64,000 bases of DNA, taken from Actinomycetota bacterium (GTDB lineage: Bacteria; Actinomycetota; Humimicrobiia; Humimicrobiales; Humimicrobiaceae). A program made the translations under genes and the position numbers. The stretch is from the NCBI GenBank assembly GCA_028698215.1, contig JAQVDY010000004.1, positions 481 through 64,480 of the forward strand, in the 5' to 3' direction. Shown here one piece after another: positions 59,609 through 64,000 of the stretch (its first letter is position 1; the number at the start of each line of letters is the position of its first letter). The notes under the pieces are model-generated. The model was not told the origin of the DNA, did not search any database, and saw only the letters and a program-made list of their open reading frames with translations.

Positions 59609-61405
59609 TTATATCAGGTTTTCGAGCTGGCCTACCAGCTTTGAAAATTGTTTTAAGGCCAAATTTACCGGTTGAGGCTGCGTCATGTCTATTCCTATCT
59701 TCTTTAAAAGAACTATGGGATAATCGCTGCCGCCGCTGGCCAAAAAGTCAAGGTATTGTTTCAAATAAGCCCCATCCTGTTTAATTTGCTGGGAGATAGC
59801 TGAGGCGGCACAGAAACCGGTAGCATATTTATAAACATAAAAGCTATTATAAAAATGGGGAATTCTTGCCCATTCCATTTCCAATCCCTGGTCCATTACT
59901 AAATGAGGGCCATAGTATTTCTTATTTAATGCAGAATAGATATCAGAAAGGTTCTGGTAAGTTAAGGGCTGTTGCGTTTGAACCATTTGGTGAATCTGTT
60001 TTTCAAACTCAGCAAACATGGTTTGCCTGAATACTGTATTTCTAAACTGTTCCAGGTAATGGTTTAAAATATAGAGTTTTTTCTTGGGTTGCCGGTAATG
60101 GTTTAAAAGGTGCTCGGTTAGCTTTATCTCATTTAAGGTGGAAGCTATTTCAGCTAAGAATATGGAATAGGCAGAATTGATATAGGGCTGACGCTGGTTA
60201 GACAGGTAACTATGAACCGAGTGGCCCAGTTCATGGGCTATGGTAAATATGCTGTCCAGGTTGTTCTGGTAGTTTAACAGGATAAAAGGGTGGCAGCTAT
60301 AGCAACCCCAGGAGTAAGCACCACTGGTCTTGTTCTTGGTTTCCGCTACATCAATCCATCTATTGTCTAATGCCAGCTCTATGATGGACATATAATCAGT
60401 CCCTAGTGCAGAAAGCCCATCCTTAACTGTTTTTATCGCCTGAGGGTAAGAATAGGCATCTTGCATTTCTTCAGCCAGGGGAACATAAAGATCATAGGCA
60501 TGAAGTTTTTTTTGGCCCAATGCTTGTTTTTTGATGTCTATGTATTGATGTAAGGAAGGAAGGTATTGGTGTACTGAATCTATAAGGTTATCATATACGG
60601 ATAATGGTATATTGTCTTCAAATAAAGCCATTTCCAAAGAAGAGCTGTATTGTCTGGTTTGCGCAAAAAATAAATCTTTTTTAACTGAAAAGGATAAGGT
60701 AGAAGCAATAGTGTTTTTTTGCTGCCGGTAAGTTTTATAAAGCTGGGTGAATGCTTTTTTCCTTACTTTTCTGTCCCTATTTTCCATAAACTTAATATAG
60801 TTACCCTTGGTAAGTTCTACTTTTCGGCCTTTATCATCCGCTATGGCCGGAAATTTAATATCAGCATCGTTTATCATGGAAAAAATATATCTGGGTGCCT
60901 GGGCCATATCTCCACTTAAAGCTAGTATCTTTTCTTCCTGGGAGGTAAGGACATGTGATTTTTTCCTTAGCAGGTTACCTAAGAAATGACGGTAATCTGC
61001 AAACCTTTTCTGGCTGGATGCTTGTTTTAGATAAGCAGAGGGCAAAGATAATATTTCAGGAATTAGCCAAGCAGACTCAGTTTCAAATTTTATTAGCAAA
61101 CCCTGGGCACGATCCAACATACCCTGGTACTCCGAATTGCCATTATCTTCATCTTTTTTTAGGTGGGCAAAAAAGAATAATTTCTCTACGGCCTGTGCTG
61201 TACCTGTATAAAAATTTAGAGTTTTATACAAGTTATCGATAGAACCTGAAAGACTGCCTTGAAACTGGGAAAAAATATTTATCTTGCTTTGTGTGGCAGA
61301 AAAGGTTTTTTCCCAGGACTTAAAGTCAGCAAAAATATCTTCTGTCTTCCATCTAAGATGCGCTGGTACATCATTTCTAACTGGTAATTTAGCCACTTCT
61401 TTCAT
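59609..61405 (-). CDS. pepF: Oligoendopeptidase F (M3B)
   Basis: RWID, KTSGAYS, AHELGHS, AEIAST, WARIPHFY, YVYKYATG. Confidence 0.95.
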   Translation of the reverse strand: MKEVAKLPVRNDVPAHLRWKTEDIFADFKSWEKTFSATQSKINIFSQFQGSLSGSIDNLYKTLNFYTGTAQAVEKLFFFAHLKKDEDNGNSEYQGMLDRAQGLLIKFETESAWLIPEILSLPSAYLKQASSQKRFADYRHFLGNLLRKKSHVLTSQEEKILALSGDMAQAPRYIFSMINDADIKFPAIADDKGRKVELTKGNYIKFMENRDRKVRKKAFTQLYKTYRQQKNTIASTLSFSVKKDLFFAQTRQYSSSLEMALFEDNIPLSVYDNLIDSVHQYLPSLHQYIDIKKQALGQKKLHAYDLYVPLAEEMQDAYSYPQAIKTVKDGLSALGTDYMSIIELALDNRWIDVAETKNKTSGAYSWGCYSCHPFILLNYQNNLDSIFTIAHELGHSVHSYLSNQRQPYINSAYSIFLAEIASTLNEIKLTEHLLNHYRQPKKKLYILNHYLEQFRNTVFRQTMFAEFEKQIHQMVQTQQPLTYQNLSDIYSALNKKYYGPHLVMDQGLEMEWARIPHFYNSFYVYKYATGFCAASAISQQIKQDGAYLKQYLDFLASGGSDYPIVLLKKIGIDMTQPQPVNLALKQFSKLVGQLENLI

Positions 61406-61498
61406 TATTAAGTCCTTTTTAATTTTCCAATATTGTTTATTATATAAAAATACATTAATTTATTTAAATAAAATTGTATTTAAATAGCGCAAGGCGGT

Positions 61499-61527
61499 TT
61501 GAATTTTGTTATATTGGCTTGTATAAT
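61499..61527 (+). promoter_or_regulatory. Putative sigma70 promoter
   Basis: TTGAAT-17 nt-TATAAT, 46 nt upstream of the 61573 start. Confidence 0.6.
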
Positions 61528-61572
61528 AAATTTGTTTTTTAGCAGGCTAAAATTCAACTCTAAAGGAAGGAT

Positions 61573-62601
61573 TTGTTGGAGAGAAGAGGAAGAAAAGAAT
61601 CAATCATCACCCTGATAATAATGATTATTATTGCAGCGGTGATTGTGAGTTGGATTTCAGGTTTATGGAGCTGTGAAGCAGGAAGAAAAGACCTTACAGA
61701 GGAAGAGAGGCTTAGCATTGCCGATTATGTTAATTCGGTTTCCGTGCTGGTTCAGCAATCAAATCAGGTTTCGTTTAACTTCTTTTTAACCCTGGACAGA
61801 ATAAAAAACATATCCAGGGAGGAGCTGGACAGCTCCTTGCTGGGTATAATTGAAGAGAGCACAGTTATTTCTGAAAACTGCAATGAGCTTAATCCCCCCC
61901 AATCCTTTGAAGTAGCCCACGGTTATCTGAAGCTGGTCCTAAAGACCAGAAACCAAGCTTACCAAACTTTTAAGCCAGCCTTGTTTAATGCATTGCAGGA
62001 CATAGATATAGACATTTCAAGCTCTCAGATGACCAATGCTTTTTTGTATATGTTTATGAGCGATGAGATTTATAAATATTTCCAGGAAGAGCTGCAGGTT
62101 GCCGGTGAGAATATGGATATTAATAATCTTACCATAATAGACTCGGTAATACTCCAGGATAAGAATTTAACTGACACCCAGAGTGTGGCCAGACTGGTAG
62201 AAGATCTAAAAACAGTTACTACCCTTCAGGAAAGGAGGGGAGTGGCAGTAGTAACTCAAAGCATAGAATTTGACCCCAGGGTTATAAATGAGCAGGGAGA
62301 TTTCCTGATACTTTCCAAGGGTACTGAAATAAGCGTAACTATTTTGATAGAAAACCAGGGTAATATTGCGGAAAGGGACGTTAATGTGGTTATGACCTAT
62401 AGGGCTCAGGATAATCCTGTAGAAGAAAAAACCTATACCATAGCCAATATAAACCCCTCGGAACAAAAAGCAGTTACTATTACTGGGTTCCCAGCTTATC
62501 CCGGCAGAAAATGTGATCTGGAAGTTACAGCAGGGCCAGTACCCGGAGAAGCTATTATCAACAATAACACCGCATCCTATAAGTTTATGATGGAAAACTA
62601 G
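61573..62601 (+). CDS. Membrane-anchored extracytoplasmic protein with a C-terminal Ig-like (CARDB-like) domain
   Basis: N-terminal TM; helical middle; beta-rich tail IENQGN..E..V.V...INPSEQKAVT. Confidence 0.6.
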   Translation: MLERRGRKESIITLIIMIIIAAVIVSWISGLWSCEAGRKDLTEEERLSIADYVNSVSVLVQQSNQVSFNFFLTLDRIKNISREELDSSLLGIIEESTVISENCNELNPPQSFEVAHGYLKLVLKTRNQAYQTFKPALFNALQDIDIDISSSQMTNAFLYMFMSDEIYKYFQEELQVAGENMDINNLTIIDSVILQDKNLTDTQSVARLVEDLKTVTTLQERRGVAVVTQSIEFDPRVINEQGDFLILSKGTEISVTILIENQGNIAERDVNVVMTYRAQDNPVEEKTYTIANINPSEQKAVTITGFPAYPGRKCDLEVTAGPVPGEAIINNNTASYKFMMEN

Positions 62602-62679
62602 ATTTAGACTAAAAAGGGTTTTATAAGTTTTAATTTTCAGTTATAATTAGCCAAGTTTTGTAAATTATAATAGTTATTT

Positions 62680-63624
62680 ATGGAAGAAAAGCAAGGTAAG
62701 TCGTTTACAATACTGGTATTATCTGATGCTAAGTCTAAAGTAAGAAAATTTAAAATCTCCTTTAACTTTCTAAGAGCATTATATGTTTGTGGGGTTATTG
62801 TAATTGCAGCTGCGGTAATATTGGTATCTAACCTCTATATAACCCGGCAAAAACTTGATGAGAAAATAGCAGAAATAGAAAGAATAGAATATAAAATAAA
62901 TTACAAAACAGTAGAGTTGCAAAATTTGGAACAGAAAACCTCAGAGATAGAAACCAAGACTAAAATTCTGGAAAACTATTTAAAAGAAGTAGAAGAGCTG
63001 GATAGGGTAGTAAGGGATATTACCGGACAGGGAGGCTTCCAGAGCGAGGTTGCATTATATAATACTGAACTTAATGCAGATATAGACTTTGAGAATAATC
63101 CTGAAGAAGTTTTCTATTATGTAATTGACCAGGAACAGGAGCTAGACGATATTGATGCTCTGCTGGATCAATTACTGCAAGTGGCTCCCGGACTGTCAGA
63201 AAAACTATCCCAAGATAAAGCTAATATTGAAGACTACATATATTTGATGGAACATACCCCCTCCATATGGCCTACCTGGGGCAAGTTAACTTCCAAGTTC
63301 GGGGAAAGAAGGTGGGGATATAACCATAAAGGCCTGGATATTGCCAACAGCACAGGAGTTCCCATTAATGCCACTGCCAGCGGAGTAGTAATATTCGCCG
63401 ATTACCACGGGGGCTATGGGAAAAAAGTTATGATTTACCATGGATTTGATTATACTACCGTATACGCCCATTTAAGCGAGATACATGTTAATGTAGGTGA
63501 TGAAGTAAAACAAGGTGATGCTATCGGACTGATGGGCAATACAGGAAACAGCACTGGCCCTCATTTACATTATGAAGTATTGGTAGATGGTATACCACAT
63601 GACCCCCAGGATTATATGCCCTAG
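62680..63624 (+). CDS. M23 family metallopeptidase with TM anchor and coiled coil
   Basis: HKGLDIA, GGYG, YAHL, STGPHLHYEV. Confidence 0.93.
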   Translation: MEEKQGKSFTILVLSDAKSKVRKFKISFNFLRALYVCGVIVIAAAVILVSNLYITRQKLDEKIAEIERIEYKINYKTVELQNLEQKTSEIETKTKILENYLKEVEELDRVVRDITGQGGFQSEVALYNTELNADIDFENNPEEVFYYVIDQEQELDDIDALLDQLLQVAPGLSEKLSQDKANIEDYIYLMEHTPSIWPTWGKLTSKFGERRWGYNHKGLDIANSTGVPINATASGVVIFADYHGGYGKKVMIYHGFDYTTVYAHLSEIHVNVGDEVKQGDAIGLMGNTGNSTGPHLHYEVLVDGIPHDPQDYMP

Positions 63625-63651
63625 AATTTGTTAAATATTTTTTAATTAACA

Positions 63652-63887
63652 ATGGGTATCATACTAGAAGTCAATAATCTAGTAAAAACCAACGGCCAGC
63701 AAAAGCAGTAGACGGCATTAATTCTAGCATACAGGTAGGACATATTTTTGGTTTGCTGGATCCCAATGGCGCGGGGAAAACCACTACTGTAGAAATAATT
63801 GAAGGTTTAAGGAAACCAGATAGCAGTGTATCAGCTTGGCTAATAGCCACTTTGGAATTATCCATTAAGTTCTTTAAATGGAAATAG
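63652..63887 (+). pseudogene. Truncated, frameshifted ABC transporter ATP-binding gene remnant
   Basis: MGIILEVNNLVKT then, in another frame, KAVDGIN...FGLLDPNGAGKTTTVEIIEGLRKPDS; similarity ends near 63827. Confidence 0.8.
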
Positions 63888-64000
63888 CGTAAACATACTT
63901 CTGGTTAAGCTAAAAACACTCTTTATAATACCTTTTTATTATTATATAATCTTTAAATCATTATCAGACAAATTTACTATGACTAAAATTGCATATTTGG

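Overview
Mostly core chromosome of an AT-rich (roughly 40% GC by eye) bacterium, probably anaerobic. SSB, ClpC and PurA look actinobacterial in sequence, but gene order is Bacillota-like; a deep-branching Actinomycetota such as Ca. Humimicrobiia is my inference, not a search result. Content in order: DHH-CBS tRNA nucleotidyltransferase; a 2-hydroxyacyl-CoA dehydratase-family system split by an inverted otsAB pair; pncAB; rpsF-ssb-rpsR-yybS-rplI-dnaB-purA-purD-purE; pstB, greA, lysS; mcsA-mcsB-clpC-disA-ispDF-cysES-rlmB-yacP; a ~14 kb biotin/ACC/acyl-CoA dehydrogenase-ETF/fab cluster; pknB and its phosphatase; tRNA-Leu(CAG) followed by a small c-di-GMP islet; treT, a lipoate ligase, msrB, pepF and an M23 peptidase. 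No CRISPR array, integrase, transposase or rRNA was seen. Most striking observations: (1) an McsB that has lost most of its ATP-binding arginines (likely pseudokinase) inside an intact mcsA-clpC operon without ctsR; (2) a carboxyltransferase domain lacking its metal ligands fused to a complete AccB; (3) an unannotated transcription unit with promoter, SD, a 13-aa Lys-rich ORF and terminator; (4) an Fe-S ETF/acyl-CoA dehydrogenase embedded in a fab cluster that has no enoyl reductase in the window; (5) eight of nine convergent gene junctions overlap tail-to-tail with no room for a terminator. Reference motifs are recalled from memory; no alignments or database searches were run.
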